The translations under genes were made by a program, and so were the position numbers. Source: Vicugna vicugna (lineage: Eukaryota). From it: a stretch of 64,000 nt of DNA. The stretch's first letter is position 1; each line of letters starts with the position of its first letter. The stretch is from assembly GCA_013265495.1 (NCBI GenBank), contig MU057887.1, forward strand, positions 631,985 through 695,984, given 5' to 3'. This document shows positions 61,560 to 64,000 of this stretch, piece by piece. The notes below the pieces were generated by a model that was not told where the DNA came from, made no database searches, and worked only from the letters and a program-made list of their open reading frames with translations.

Positions 61560-62350
61560 CCTGCTCTGGGGGATGCGGCAGTACCCAAGACAGACAGACA
61601 GACATGAATCCTTAACCTCGTACATGTTTTATTCCAGGGGTAGGAGCAGACAAGAAGCAAGTATAGTATCTACACGGTCAGGTGGTGCTGAGTGCTGTGC
61701 AGGGGGCAGGAGAGGAGGGCGGGGAAGGCGGGGTTGGGGACAAGGAGCAACTATACACCTGGTGGTCGGAGACTTTTGTCTGAGGCCTGAGGAGCTGAGG
61801 AAATGAACCATGTGGAGATCTGGGGAAAAGCTCCTGGCAGAGGCAACAGCACGTGCAAAGTCCCTGAGGCAGAGGCGAGCCTAGCATGTGATCGCAGGGT
61901 GGAGGCCACCCTGGCGGAGCAGGGGCAGGAGGTGGAGGCTGGTGAGACATGGTCTCGAGGCCGTCGTAACGGCTCTGGTTTTTCTGCTGAGTGAGGTGGG
62001 AGCCACGTGAGGGTTTTGGGACAAGGAGTGTGATAATCCAAAGTTTTCAAGGCTCCGTCTGGGTCCCAGGTGAGGCTGGGTGCAGGGAGGCACTGGGGCT
62101 CTCCCAGCGATCTGGGCTGGAGATGACAGTGACCGTGTGGCCCCAGCAAGAGGGGCAAGCAATAGACAGATTCCGGATATGGCCTGAAGGTAGCGCCAGG
62201 TTTTGCTGACGAGGTAGATGTGGAAGTCAGGATGACCTCATGGATTTTGACCTAAAGAACAAGAAGACTGGGGTTGTCATCAGGTGAGACAGGGGAGCCG
62301 TGACATGGCAGCTTTGTGGAGATCAGAAGTTCGCTTTGACTTTAAGATTG
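61560..62350 (-). mobile_element. L2-like remnant, approximate bounds
   Basis: ggagatctggggaaaagctcctggcagaggcaacagcacgtgcaaagtccctgaggcag. Confidence 0.6.
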
Positions 62351-64000
62351 AGGGGCTCACTGGGAGGAGAGTAAATGAGTGTGGGAGGCGTTAGCGTGTG
62401 AATCAGAGTTGGAGCCAGAGACTGACTAGGTCCCCAAGGGCATGTGTGGAGACAGAGGACGCTGGAGACTGGGGGCCACGGCCTCCTGTGCTCAGAGGTA
62501 GGAGAGATGCGAGGAGGCCACCTTGGAGGAGGAGGCCTTTCCAGGAGGAGGGGCCATGAGCCTTGTCACCGCTGCTGGGAGCCTAGTCAGATGAGGACCA
62601 AATATTCACCATCGGATTCAGTAGCGCCCAGGCCGTCCCAGTGGAGCGGGATGGAGGGAAGGCACACCAGACGGCACGCTGGAGGCGGTGCTGGGAGCTC
62701 CTTCTGAAAGATGTGCCGTGAGTGGGAACAGAGAAACACTCAGGCCCGTGGGACGGGTGCCGTGGTCACGGCACTGCGAGTTTTTGCTTACTTTCCCACC
62801 GATTGTGAATTTCTAAAGGCAAGAGCCTACAGGGGGTTCATTTGTGCCATGCCTGCCGCACCCCCGTCACCCTGTTTGTCTTTCTTTCTCACACACACCA
62901 CCCCCCACATACACACCCCCTAGGACGCAGCCCCACTTGGCACCCAGGAGACTGCAGGAACACAGTCACCTGCTCGCTTCCCGAGTCACCTGCTCACTTC
63001 CCGAGTCACCAAGGGGTTAACGTGCGCCCAGAGCAGTCTCTTTGCCTCTCCCGAGGTTCTCCTGGGGATCATCTGTGTCCAGAGTGATTTGTGACCCTCT
63101 TAGAGCTGCTGTTAGGCACCTTTTGAAAAGCCTTTGATATCACCGGTACATTCATAAATTCTTCTTTTTTTTTTGAGAAAATGAAGTGTTTTAGCCAAAC
63201 AACAGTAGAAGCACATTGTGCAAAATGAGGAAAAAAAGAATCTGATGATGATATGAATCTTCCGACGGCCTCACCTGACAACCATAAATGCACAAAGGAC
63301 CCAGACACCCACTATCAGCCACTGTCACGGCCAGCGACCCCGGACGCCCCAGGGTCGGGTGTTCTGCTGGGAACGGTCAATCCATGCCTGAGGCCGAGAG
63401 CCCCACGTGTTGGGTCCCGATTGTCACAGTGGTCGTAAGCCCCCGGCCCTTGCCGTGTGCCAGGCACTCTTCCAGCAAGTGGTACGGACGCAGCATGTCA
63501 CTTCCTCCTCATGCAGCCTGGTGGGTGACAGTCCCCGTTCTCCAGGTGAGGAGACTGAGGCACGGAGCGGGTTCCAGGCTCAGGGGGCACGGTGCAGGCG
63601 TGCCCACAGCACATGGGACTTGATGTGGCGTTCCTGCTGCCATGCCCTTCCTGTGTGACCGTGGGCAGGCCGGAGCCTTTCTCTTCCAGGTCTGACCCAG
63701 TCCTGAAATGTCTCTGCCTCTCTGGCAGCAGTGAACAGGGTACACAGAGTTGGTGCATAGTAAGTGTTCAGTCGCTGGCTGGTCAAACGATTCTCTTTCT
63801 GGGGATTCCGTGCTGGAAGGGCCTGTGCGGGGCCTCGGCCAGGGATAAAGGGAACTGAAGACTTGGGGCCTTCACGCTGCAGCCCCGCCCAGGAGGCCGT
63901 CTCTGTCCCAGGTTGGCTCATGCTTAGACTTCTTGGAAAGGAAAGAAGAAGTGATGGTTCTCACCCAAACTCGGCGTTTCCCCTCCTTCTGAGATCCAGC

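Larger units (their letters stand above)
1..64000 (+). other. FBLN1: Fibulin-1 gene body (partial: intron 1 through the intron preceding the last isoform-D exon)
   Basis: 16 colinear exons splice in frame into the fibulin-1 architecture (anaphylatoxin x3, EGF x9, alternative C-terminal domains C and D). Exon 1 and the final D exon were not found in the window. Confidence 0.98.

Overview
Mammalian genomic DNA, most likely a camelid (tRNA-Ala-derived Vic-1-like SINEs). The whole window lies inside the fibulin-1 gene (FBLN1, + strand). It starts in intron 1, so the signal-peptide exon is upstream and not present. I traced 13 common coding exons (exons 2-14: anaphylatoxin-like region, acidic linker, nine EGF/cbEGF modules), all with GT-AG boundaries and consistent phases. 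These are followed by the complete single terminal exon of isoform C (stop 43815, AATAAA 43887) and the first two isoform D exons; the last D exon is not found and is presumably downstream. Introns hold SINEs, L1, MaLR/ERV LTRs, MER58, Tigger, MIR and L2 relics. No prokaryote-type or clearly new system is visible. The points most worth follow-up: an exact 38-bp duplication of the exon 11 splice donor that predicts a premature-stop isoform; a frameshifted relic of the human fibulin-1B exon; a 33-copy 31-bp minisatellite of 3' splice-site look-alikes, and a CAG|GTGAGT site, both just upstream of the C exon; two near-consensus CTCF motifs in divergent orientation around the alternative 3' exons; and an RGD motif in exon 3. 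Comparisons to human fibulin-1 and repeat family names are from memory, not from a search.
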